Shown here: positions 24,125 to 35,645 of the stretch, piece after piece
Numbering within the stretch: position 1 is the first letter of the stretch
How the letters are laid out: each line of letters starts with the position of its first letter
Assembly (NCBI RefSeq): GCF_006345805.1
Contig: NW_021835735.1
Span: forward strand, 1-40,228
Direction: 5' to 3'
Source of the DNA: Octopus sinensis
Lineage: Eukaryota
Length of the DNA: 40,228 bases
Made by a program: the position numbers and the translations under genes
Notes under the pieces: model-generated
Told to the model about the DNA's origin: nothing
What the model saw: the letters and a program-made list of their open reading frames with translations, nothing else
Database searches by the model: none

Positions 24125-25092
24125 ATGGAATCATCAGAGACGGAAACATAGATAAAGAGAAAAGAGAGAAGAAAAAACTCTAAACAGAAATGCGTATAGA
24201 CAAGCAGTTCACATATTTGTAAATCATTATCATGATTTGTGAATGAAAATAGTTTGCAAACGTCATGATTGAGTGTCGAATTTGAGTAACAGTAGACAAT
24301 AATAAAATAAACACTGGACAATGAAGAGAGAGCAGTAGAAAAACAAAAGCGAAGAGATGGAAGAGATAGAGAAGAGGAGAGAAATGATAAGCAAAGTATA
24401 AAGGAGAGAAAAATATTCATGTAGGTAAGTGACAGGCGTCCGTTATATAAAGAAAGACTGGGGTAAGAGAATTTCAAGTGTGTAGAGTAGTAGCAGAGGA
24501 ATAAAAGCCAACGATGGGAAAGATGAGGCAGCAGCGAAGGAAACAGCAAAATATCAATTAGGTGCTTCTAGAGGAGAAAAGATAAGACAACGATAGGCAG
24601 ATTGAGATCGAGAAAACTCAACAACATCACGGTGGAAGGGAAATAGAAAAAAATAATAAAGTTGACGTTTAAAGTTTTAGAGTGTTTATTAAAAGAAATA
24701 GGGAGGATAAAGCTAAAAGGGAAAATCAGAGATATAAAAAAAGAGAGATAAGAAGACAAAAGGGAAAATACGTAGTGGGGAGAGCGATAGATAAAAGATA
24801 GTAACTGGAAAATGAAAACGATTTAATGAGAAGCTGGAGGAAATACACAGCTAAACGTTATCAATTCAGCACGTTTTTGGTAAAAGAATAACAGGCTATG
24901 GCTACAAAAAATAAGAGATTGAGAAATTTGACTTCCAGGAGGAATAGGACGAGATACTTAAAGAAATTCATTACAGATCAGATAGGGAAGGATCGCCATA
25001 AACACATATATATAGTATTCATCCAATATAAGTGCATGTGTAAGTGTTTATATAAGTGTGTATTATATGATATATATGTATACAAACACACA

Positions 25093-25156
<64 letters not shown>

Positions 25157-25284
25157 GCATATATGTATAATCAGCCGAAATTGCGAGGGTGATCCGGTTC
25201 TTGACTGGAGATTAAAGGGTTCGAATGACCCGTCCGTGTTTTTTGTATCATCTTTTGGATGTTTTGCGTTCTTGTCCCATTTTG

Positions 25285-25331
<47 letters not shown>

Positions 25332-25522
25332 TAAACACATACACTAATACACACATATATGTAGATACATACATACATACATACATACATACATACATTT
25401 ATTTATTTATTTATTTATTTAAAATTGAGGATAATATCTTTATAAGAAATTATCAGTAGATAGCGTGAAAAACCTCGTAAGAGAAAAAATCCGTAAATTT
25501 TTCCACTTTGAAAATATTTATC

Positions 25523-25777
25523 TATAGTATATAGAGGATACTACTATTCATAGATACCGCACTATTCATAGATACCGATTGTTGCACTGATGAGCATAGA
25601 ATGCATATTCTGCATGAATTGCGAAATCACAGGTGATATGTAACTAAATTCTTTTTTTAAATGTCTTGCTTTGAAGTTTTGCATTCGGTACAATTTTGTT
25701 TATTTTAGTAGTTTTGACCGCAAGGGTCCCTCCTAGCGTGCGGTATCTATGAATAGTAGTACCCTCTATATAATATA
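25523..25777. mobile_element. 255-bp element bounded by 40-bp inverted repeats and containing a hammerhead ribozyme
   Basis: Left arm 25523-25562 TATAGTATATAGAGGATACTACTATTCATAGATACCGCAC matches the reverse complement of 25738-25777 at 38/40; a 17-bp piece of the arm (25543-25559) is duplicated at 25561-25577. Confidence 0.75.
25581..25644 (+). ncRNA. Type I hammerhead ribozyme, complete (core and stems I, II, III)
   Basis: GTTGCA CTGATGA GCA-(internal loop)-ATGCA tattc TGCAT-(loop)-TGC GAA ATCA cagg TGAT A TGTAAC. Stem I is 6 bp (one G-U), G10.1-C11.1 is kept, stem III is 4 bp with a tetraloop, cleavage triplet AUA (predicted cut between 25638 and 25639). Confidence 0.8.
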
Positions 25778-26269
25778 AATATATATGTATATATATTTAT
25801 ATATGTACGCAACCGCACACACATTCACAAACAAATATGCATAATAATATAGTTTCGTTCAATTTTTTCAAACCATATTTTCGTATATTTCTCACTCTTG
25901 TAGACGTGTAAATACTTCTTTCTAATAAAATCTGAAGAGGCGAAAAACCTGTAAGTGTGAGGAGAAGATGTAGTGTTAACAATCAACAAACACCTTACCA
26001 GATCAGATATTTTCTTACAGGCAAACTGTCTACAAATGTATCTATCCACGTGTCTAGCTATCTCTGTTTCTATTTACCTCATTATCAAACTCTGTATCTC
26101 TCTTGTCATATACCTATACACTCACAAACGCACACACACTCACACACACACGCACGCACACACACAGTCACACACATACACACGCATCTGTCGTGTATTA
26201 TAGGTAACACCCAGAGAAAGGTGCTTCTTTCCCACTCACTAAAGTGAATGGAGAATTGCCCAGGAGAAA

Positions 26270-27150
26270 CTCGTCTGATCAGATGGTATCCAACGATCAT
26301 CAGATATTTCAAACCTTAACCCTATCCCCCACTCCATCGGTGGGTCAGTAGATGTGGCCAATTATCTGCTCACTATTTCGTCCAATTTCATGAGAAACGT
26401 TTCTCTCTTGCTCCATAACCAATAAGAAACACTTTCTTTCTGCAGCCATTTCCAACTCTTGCAGACACACTCTTAGCACTTCTCTCATATCAATGACCAT
26501 AAGCATATTCTTTGCCGACTGGGCAAGGAATACTCTACAGCCAACCACGACTAAAAAAAGCCATGACTTACATTGTTTCTTATAGCAGGCTCTCATATTC
26601 TCCAAAGACTCTCGTATTTGACAGGCTTCCGTTCGAAATACTGATCGCACCATTCTTCCCACAGAACTGGAAGGACGATGAAGATTATTTTCCCCGCCTT
26701 TTTCAAACCACAAAAATTACATTCGGCTTCAGAAGAAACTGGAGAGAAACTGTAGACTTTTCTACAGGTCCTCTTCAATATTCCGGGACTGGGCCACATG
26801 TGGTAATCTACTGTTCTTCTTGGTGTCCTTAATGGAATTAATCCTTCTTTCGTGATCTGGATAGCTGCTATTGTTTTCCAATTTGATGGTGCTTCTTGAG
26901 CCTTTCTTATTACAGAGTGTGATTGTGCCTGCAAGCAACTTGTCAAAGAGTCACATATGTCTCCCTTGAACAGGTGCTATTCCTCAACCTGACCAGATGC
27001 TTGCTAGCGTGCCACATTCTCTACAAAATCTACCCATCTGCTTTCTTGCAAGCCCCATCTTTGCAGTGTTGTTGGCTTTGGGAAGTTAGCATACACTACG
27101 AACATCGGGAGCTCCTGATGTCTTGACAGCCTTTCTCCCTTCTACTTAGA
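26270..27150 (-). mobile_element. Second, more decayed HERO/R2-group retrotransposon 3' fragment
   Basis: Minus-strand pieces PKPTTLQRWGLQE, CRECGTLASIWSG*..QGRHM*LFDKLL, KIIFIVLPVLWEEWCDQYFERKPVKYESL, VVVGCRVFLAQSA...AAERK, collinear with the protein at 15685-16365; many stops and frameshifts. Confidence 0.75.
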
Positions 27151-27181
27151 CAAATAAACACACACACAACCTGACCACACT

Positions 27182-27229
<48 letters not shown>

Positions 27230-27515
27230 AACTATAACTAAGGGTATTTGAGAGATACCACCATGCCGAAATAGCAGTCAAAACTCTGGTCTTGAATTAT
27301 CCAGTAAAATCTTTTTTGCTAGTTTATTTTGTCTCTCTGTCTTATCTCATCGCGCGTTATGAACATTTAAGGTGATTTTTAGGATCAAGGTTTTGAATGC
27401 TATTTCTGAGATACCTTTATTTATAGCTTTAATAAATTATTACGTTTGTATGGTATTTATTCCCATGCTGGCCACTAGATAAGATCGATATTTGAATATC
27501 AATAGTATCCTTATT

Positions 27516-27559
<44 letters not shown>

Positions 27560-27712
27560 AACAAAAATTTTCTGTGATTTCGAACTACATTTTTCTAGCA
27601 ATTATCTCGCCATTTTACCCCGCGTTCTTCATCACCAAGTGAATAATCAAATTTCTGATGAACTTTTCTTTTGAAATGTTAAATATGAATCAGCTCTACT
27701 AATAGGTATGTA

Positions 27713-27915
27713 GAGGCGCCTGATCTAGCGTTGGGCGTGCTGCACTCATGACCGAGCGATTCAGGTTTCGATTCCTACATGGATTTATACATAGTATTCT
27801 TGAGGAATAGGTTGGCTAACTGTGCGACGTATTGGGGTCCCGGTTATGAGTCGGATCTAGAGAAAAAATGTACGTCACGGTATCCAGGAAAACGGTTCTG
27901 TGAGCCTATGACTCG
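27713..27915 (+). mobile_element. Old tRNA-derived SINE (third family), decayed
   Basis: GAGGCGCCTGATCTAGCGTTGGGCGTG (A-box-like) and GGTTTCGATTCCT (B-box-like), followed by TATTCTTGAG and a diverged body. Confidence 0.45.
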
Positions 27916-28189
27916 GTAATAAACTTTTTTCAGTTTACTTTATCTATATATATATATATGTGTGTGTGTGCATGCGTGTGTGTATGCGTGTGTGTGTGTG
28001 CGCGTTGTGTAAGTTACAAATGGTTTCGTACCATCTCCATACGTCCAGTTTACGCGAGAATATTACGTGATTTCTCTTTAAGAATTTTCGCGTAAACTGA
28101 TGTTGCAAATAGAGACTGTAAGGAAATATTTGTAACTTACAATTAAAGATGTGTTAAAGAATTTTCTCTGTCTTCATTTTCTTGGGTTA

Positions 28190-28430
28190 TTTACTCCTCG
28201 CCAAACCATATGACGGTATAATCCCCGTGTAACTTCTACACCAGAAGTATTCCGGCTTTGGCTTGGATCCCGTCAGTGTTGATAGCCCAGTATTTGGGTC
28301 GAGTCCTTCTCTGGAAATATTCCAACTTCACAAGTTGACCATTTGCAATATACTGTTTATAAAGAGAAAGTCATCTTATAGTTCTGAAGGTAGTCTTACA
28401 GTCTTATAAATGTCCTACAATTTTCACGCT
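28190..28430 (-). mobile_element. Possible RTE-type LINE 3' coding remnant
   Basis: Minus-strand fragments KIVGHL, NGQLVKLEYFQRR, WAINTDGIQAKA loosely follow the RTE C-terminal pattern WxGH...GRPxLRxKD...GINTDxWExxA; heavily disrupted. Confidence 0.3.
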
Positions 28431-28475
28431 GTCTTGTCTTTGTTGTCTCATGTTATTTAATATATATATATAAAG

Positions 28476-28663
28476 TTAATCCAAACATGAAAACACAAAG
28501 AGAAAACACAACAACACGAGGACGTGGAACAAGTATAGTATTATTGGACACTCAGGAAAGAAGGAGGGTTCAACGTTTCCAGCGGAGCTCTTCGTCAGAA
28601 ACATAGGTAAAGGAAAGATCCAAAGAAGGGAAGACGGAGGAAAGAAATCGCCAACGGTACACA
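28476..28663 (-). mobile_element. ~185-bp Penelope-like short repeat with hammerhead motif (sister of 1882-2066)
   Basis: Reverse complement aligns end to end with 1882-2066. Confidence 0.6.
28568..28602 (-). ncRNA. Minimal type I hammerhead motif, intact core, stem II closing-pair mismatch
   Basis: Minus strand GTTT CTGACGA A GAG ctccg CTG GAAA CG T T GAAC. Confidence 0.55.
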
Positions 28664-28713
28664 GGCATTCCTATGTGTGTGTATCGATCTATATATATCT
28701 ATCCTTATGTAAA

Positions 28714-28928
<215 letters not shown>

Positions 28929-29294
28929 TGCATACTAAGTGTCACTAAGGTTGCCGGAGACCCTACATTGCTATTAATAAGAGAAAAAAATACCATTAAT
29001 GCTATAGGAAGAGCACAATGTGTATACACACAAGCTAACAATGGAGGCAACCACCTCATCATCGCTTCGAGGATCCCCAGATTACATCTAATTTCGCCTA
29101 TGACTGTAGGCATCAACAGTGAGGTTATCCAACGACTCAAGATACGCTAATTCCCTCAATCAAGGTACATGATTAGATCTAGTCTTCCTATAACCGGATC
29201 TAGTTCCGTTGCTTTATGATATACAATTGCGCCGAGCTGTTCATATTAATCTTTATTGTATATATTTAGTGCGAAAAAGATAATACAAGCAGAG

Positions 29295-29680
29295 GAAACA
29301 CCCCTCCGTAACTGCTCCATGAAGGCCAAGATCATTTTATATATGGTCACAGTTTTTTAATGTTTATTGACTATCTTCACAAAGGCCACGGCTTCATTCA
29401 AGAGAATCACGATAGCTTGTTGAGGCATTTACGAAAGGCTATCAAAACCAAAGGCTCAGGATATCTGACGAAAGGGTCATGTTTTATCAGGACAATGCTC
29501 TAGCTCACAACTCTTTGGTTTCGATGGCTAGAGTGCATGACTACACCTTCTAACTTGTTGATATTCATCCCTATTATTGATTCGGCCCATTGGATTCTCA
29601 TCTGCTGCCCAGCACGAAAAAATACTTTGCTGGGAACCAGTACCACAATGACGATGTCATCATATCTGCTGTGACCAAAC
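29295..29680 (+). mobile_element. Mariner (DD34D) transposase catalytic-domain remnant
   Basis: MFIDYLHKGH...SLLRHLRKAIKTK..GYLTKG / VMFYQDNALAHNSLVSMARVHDY / GPLDSHLLPSTKKYFAGNQYHNDDVIISAV matches the mariner pattern IDYL.KG...LFHQDNAPAH...DLAPSD..LF..LKK.LAG; stops and frameshifts present. Confidence 0.85.
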
Positions 29681-30290
29681 TTCATTTGGTCACATTCCAT
29701 GAGGGTATTTCGTCAGCTTATGAATGTTTCATCCAAAATTCCTATGTGTGTGTGTATCGATCTATATATATCTATCCTTATGCGTAACCATCGAATTTTC
29801 AACGATTTAGATATTTTTGTAACTATCTAATCTTTCTTAATATTACCCTCTCTTTCCATATACATTCATACACACACGCGCATAGGTGTGAACGGATATA
29901 CGGATAGGCAAACATACAAACACACGTTAAAGGACTGTGAACTAAATATCTTAACACAGTATATAACAGTAAAATGTATCTGCTAGAAGATATTGAAGTA
30001 AACCAAGCGATGAGAGTTTGCATCTGTGAAAGATAGGAAGAGATAATACAAAGAAATTTAGTTTATATTTGTGAAATAACACTCTTGGAGATACTACAGA
30101 ACGAACTTGTGGGTTATTTTTTAAAATTTAATCTGGCAAATAATATGTATAGAGGGATGATTACTCTGTTTAAATTCTTAAACAAAGCATACTTTACTCA
30201 AACTTACAGACCGATATATATCGCATTTCTGTGTAATAAAAGAAATACTAGAAAAATAAAACCTTAATACCAATGACGTCATTGTTGATA

Positions 30291-30424
30291 AATCCACCGA
30301 GGTTGACTTCGCCTTTGATCCTTTCGGGTTCGATAAATTAAGTACCAGTTGCTTACCGGGGTCGATTTAGTTGACTGCCCCTATCCCCAAAATTTCTGGC
30401 TTTGTGCCTAGAGTAGAAAAGATC
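30291..30424 (+). mobile_element. 5'-truncated SINE family B with 8-bp target-site duplication
   Basis: Body CCACCGAGGTTGACTTCGCCTTTGATCC...GTGCCTAGAGTAGAAAAGAT, flanked by TTGTTGAT at 30282-30289 and 30426-30433. Confidence 0.8.
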
Positions 30425-31057
30425 CTTGTTGATGAATTCTGGGAAAACGCAGTGATTTCTTTATTTACTGAATCTTCTCTCTGTATAAGAGAAATAAAAG
30501 AAAATATGACCAGTAACTGTAAAAGACGAACTTGAATACTATGAGGACTGATACGCCTTTTGAAAGGTCATCATGTCGCTGTAACCGGTTAATTTAAATC
30601 TACTAAATTATGCGATCAAATGTTGTATTGTCCCTTTCATACGGTAGATAACACGACTGATCGATTTGGATGAGGAATAAAACTTGAAATTCGCAGGTGA
30701 TGCTACACAATACCTATGATATGTTCTTCCAGATTAAATATATATACGATATTCTAAATTAAATAATTCTGGGTGAAATGCGATTCCAGTAAATAGGTCA
30801 CTAGTATTTCTCAGTTCCTACTTACTCCGAGTGTACTAATTTAGGGGGACAACATTTGTAATGTTGCTGTTATACGGTTTACAACAATCTCGGGATTTGA
30901 ATATCTCGAGCGATGTAATAACTTTTCCATCAGTTTTACTTTCTTCCATTTTTCTTCCTTCACCTTAACTCTGGCTGACTCTCTCTCCTTCCCCCTCTCT
31001 CTTTTTCTGTATATATATATATATATACACACACACACCACACACACACACACACAC

Positions 31058-31107
<50 letters not shown>

Positions 31108-32513
31108 ATATATATATATATGTGTATGTATACATATACTCTCGTCTAAGAAGCGAAAGCTATAATGAACCAATGACATTTTTTTAATTTGAAGCTCCTA
31201 GACGCCAGCTATATTATCTCGTTTCTACCTAATATCGTTACTACACTTATCTATGTAATAACAGGGTTAGATAGAAAATAAACTACTAATTCGTGGGTTT
31301 TCCAATAAAGAAGAATAAAATCTGATGGCATATACTTCGTAAACAGTCGAGACATATACACATACATAGAAGTAATGGAACACATACATGTACAAATGAA
31401 AAGTACAGGCATTACATGAGGGCAGGCTGTTCTCACAATCACACATATGCATAAAGTAACTCGCATTCAGATAATCATAAATCTAGGGAAGTTCATGGTT
31501 TCAAGCAAAACATGTAAAAGGGATTGCCAATCGGTTTGGATTTTGTGAAATTTCCAAGTGAGAGAAAGCACGGTTCTAGTAATAAGTGTATCTGTCTAAT
31601 CAACACTTATTCTCTGTTACATAATATCTTATTGTAAATTCTATGTTTTGTATTACAAGAAGAAGTTCAGTAAAGATACAGTAAAGATACAGTGAAGACC
31701 TTAAATACTCAACATGCAACAGAAAATATTGACTATGAAACATATTTCTGGAAGATATTCTATGTATAAGCAGCTATCCAATAATGTCATTGTGACATGA
31801 GGATTTTTGTAAAACAATACACAATGCCATCCGTAGGAAGGACTGCCCTACGAAAAATAAAAAAAATATATATGCGGTGTGGAATACATAACTATACTCC
31901 AAAAACAAGATACATTGATGGACCATTCCCTAAACTCACACCAAATGCAAACACAATAGAGTTGGCATTTTAGACTGGGAGAAAAAATAGAAAAAATTCT
32001 ATTGAATGTTATAGAAGTTTTCTGCCGTGAATGTTTCTTTGAAAATAAGTCGAAAAGAGAACAATGAGAGATAACATCTCTGAAACGTATAGCTTCTCTA
32101 AGAACATTATAAATTTATGTGTGTGCCCATAATTATTTGTGCATTTGGTTGTGTCATTAAGTATTTAGGAAGTAATCTCGAAAAGCTGCAGAGATCAAGG
32201 AAGGAAAGAGACCAGTTAACACGCAACGTATAAGCTGAACAGGGGAATTCGATGCAAGACTTTTCTGTAATGAATATGTAATAGGGAACTGTTATTGTTA
32301 TTCTTCTTATTTATTCCATCGAGAAAGTTTTGTTTCTTTGTTGAGGAGAATTTAAGCATGAATATAGCATCTGAATGTAGATAAAAAAAAAATTGATATA
32401 TACATATATACATATACATACATACATATATACATACATACATACATATACATATATATATAATTTAAATAATGAGGTGTCTAAACATATACGCACTCAT
32501 ACACACACACACC

Positions 32514-32584
<71 letters not shown>

Positions 32585-33299
32585 TTATATGCTTACAAGT
32601 TTCAAATCAACACTGTTATACACCAAAATGGTAACAAAGACGAAGAACGTAAAAAAAAATCAATTTAACCAAATTTTGATTCTAAATTAATATCTTGACG
32701 GTAACCTATGCTGCACCAACTACCACTGCACTATTTCTCATTTGAAGGGCACACTTTTACTATTCAGAAATAAGTAATATCCAAATTCTTGATGCAGATA
32801 CAGGTAAAATGCCGCCATGCGGCAACAGATTCGTTAACTATGAAAGTCGCTCATTTTTTTAAACAGGTGTCTAAAGATGTCATCATGTCTTTATATATAT
32901 ATGAGGAAGATGTCATAGCAGAAATATTGCACAATGGAATCCACATCAAGGATAACAATATGAGAAGTTACAAAGATGTGAGGGGCTTAATGATTCACAA
33001 TATCGAGAATACATACACAGTTTTCAAACTATGAATTAGTTCAACGTCATAAACAAATATCCGTAAAATAGATAAAAATCAATCTTAAGTTTATATAGAA
33101 CCTAAGTTTATATATTATGCCATAACATAGTTACATGCGACGAGAACAGTTATTACCATGTGAGTTTTTAGAGATCAATTCCTTCCATACGTTAACATTT
33201 CTATAAAAGTCGACTAGAAAAGAAATATTTACAGAGATGTACTTAGAAACTACGTCTTTGTAACTCAGATTACAAAGACCTATAGACACCTGTAATTAC

Positions 33300-34730
33300 A
33301 CCATAACAATGAAAAAGGAAACGAAAAGGAGAATAATCTTTTCTAGGGTTGTTTTCTATATCACGAATATAACATCCGTCTTCTTTCTCTGTGACATCCA
33401 CGTTATCGTAAATTACTGTCTTGCTTACATTAAATGCACTAATGATTCCGTAGGAATTGAGTGCAAACAGGATAGGGCCGAAACGGACAGCTCTAAAGGT
33501 TATGAACGGATTTGGATAAAACTTTTAATGGAATGAATGTTCCTAAGGTATTTGTCAACATAACATATGAAAATTATAAAAGTACACTCAATGTTTTATA
33601 GTTATATGGGTCCAAATCCGTGGTAAATCTGACAAGAAACCACACCTCATCACCGTACCTGAACTCAGTGATCTGGCTCGTATTCTAACACTTACTAAGA
33701 AATAGAAGGAAGTTCTGGCCTCACGTTGGCAACAATGGAACCTGTTGGATAAAGATGCTCAAATTACAGTATTTAGGGCGCATTCTGCAGATCTACAGCA
33801 ATTATTCCCTTTGGAAAACCACTTGATTTATTGAAATATTCAATGACCTTCAGCTGACCTATGAACCAAATGAGTGAAGGTTATCCATAGATGCATCCAT
33901 TTACAGCATAAAAGGGGTTATGTTGCCCATTGGGAACACCATGCCGCCAATTTCAGTTGCTCACTCATTCTAAGAGAGATATATGAAAACCTCACTTTTA
34001 TTTTAGACCGCATAATTTACAGGGAGCATCAATTGCTAATTTATGTTGGCTTCAGAGTAGTAGCCCTACTTAATGGGCTACGTATTGGATACACCAATTA
34101 TGTTCTTCCTTTGCAAGTGGGAGATTAAGGCCAGATAAGAACCTCAAGTACTCTCAGAATGACCACCTCGGTAAAAAAAAGTACATCATCTGGATGCCAT
34201 TATGTAAATCATGAGTCACTAGTTAAGAAGGAGGTAATTATTGTGTCACCACAGAATATAAAACTTGGTGTAATGAAGCAATTTAACAAAACACTGCAGC
34301 ATATCAAGTCACGTTTAAAGTACCTCAAGGCGAACTTCCCTAAGATAAGTGATGCAAAGATTAAAGAGGGCATATTCGTAGGCCCTCATTTTCGTTAACA
34401 TATATAGCTGATGAGAAGTTCAAGGCGACAATGGATGAAATTGACCTAGCGGCCTGACATGCATTCAAAGAGGTATCCAGAGGACGTCTGAAAAAGCACC
34501 AAGTAGCTCACCGAGAGTGGATAATGGAGGATCTAATCAAGTGCTACCAAGATCACAGATTCGCATCTGTCCTTCTTCCCAGAGAATGCAGGAGATGTGA
34601 GTGATGAACATGGAAAGAGGTTTCATTAAGATATAGTGTCAATGAAAAACAGGTGTAAGGGAAATGGCCGACTTCTGCTGGAACCTGAAACGTGACACGT
34701 GTAAGACGTCATATAAACGAAGTAAATATT
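33300..34730 (+). mobile_element. Decayed DNA-transposon transposase, Chapaev3-like (CMC group; family name from memory)
   Basis: KPHLITVPELSDLARILTLTKK*KEVLASRWQQWNLLDKD, LKEIYENL..IL..I.Y..HQ, NIKLGVMKQF, FPKISDAKIKEGIFVGP, DSHLSFFPENAGDVSDEHGKRFH*DI, MADFCWNLKRD; multiple stops, frameshifts and deletions; TIRs not confidently found. Confidence 0.7.
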
Positions 34731-35454
34731 AAAATGTAAGTTAATACATTATATAATGCTAACAAGCATGCCGATTCATTATATATTTATGAATTAATTA
34801 GGATGGACATATTTAATCTGATTTTGGGAGCAAAGGATATTTGTGGTCTCGTGGAAATTGATATATATTACATAGTTTTTTATGCCGGTAATTTACAAGA
34901 AAATGTAATGTGAAAGGAAACTTTTGTTATATAATTCGAATTTAGCACAATCAATTTCGTATTAATATGTACATGGGAACTAAGTTTTCAATTTCTTGTC
35001 TGTGAAAGGGAGAGCAGTGATGGATAAGGCCCTGTTCGCACGCACCCAGGCAGTGCCACCCGCCCCACTCTTTCCCTCGTTCATCTATACATCCATACAA
35101 GTATACGCATTGAAAAGAGGAAAATAGGAGTGTCTTGGGTCAATGTAGAGGTACAATAACTGGAATATACCAACGCGTGTATACTAGAGTGCATTTTAAC
35201 TTCTCGGTGTTTTTTTGTTTGTTATGTGTATAGGTGGACAATCCTAAAGCCGTGTGTTTCCAAGGACCTAGTCAGTCATACGCAGGACGTCTAGCGTCAC
35301 TCGCACACACATACACACACACACACACACTCACAAACATACACACACACGCACACACATATTGACACACGTTTTTTTTGTTATGCAAACACTCACTGGA
35401 ATGCACATTACAGAAGGGTGGTGATGCATTCATATAGTAACGGAAAGTGTTCCG

Positions 35455-35645
35455 CTCTCTGTCTCAACCTCTCTCTCTCACCCTCTCTCTCTCGCTCCCT
35501 CTCTCCCTCTCTCTCTCCCTCTATCTCCCCTTCGCGCCCATTCTCTCCACCTTTCTCCCTCTCTTTCTCTCTCCCTCTCTCTCTTCCTCTCTCTTCCTCT
35601 CTCTCCACCTCTCTCTCCCTGTCTCTCTCTCTCTCTCTATATATA
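35455..35645. repeat. Degenerate (CT)n polypyrimidine tract
   Basis: Direct reading of the sequence. Confidence 0.93.

Noticed and set aside
24125-24900. Long purine-rich stretch with hydrophobic minus-strand ORFs
   Set aside because: Compositional strand bias (A/G-rich low complexity) explains the F/L/S-rich ORFs; no domain or splice evidence.
31780-32280. Possible MULE transposase relic (RYIDGPFPKLTP, KEGKRPV...)
   Set aside because: Only one loosely matching motif (xIDGTF); too weak to call without a profile search.
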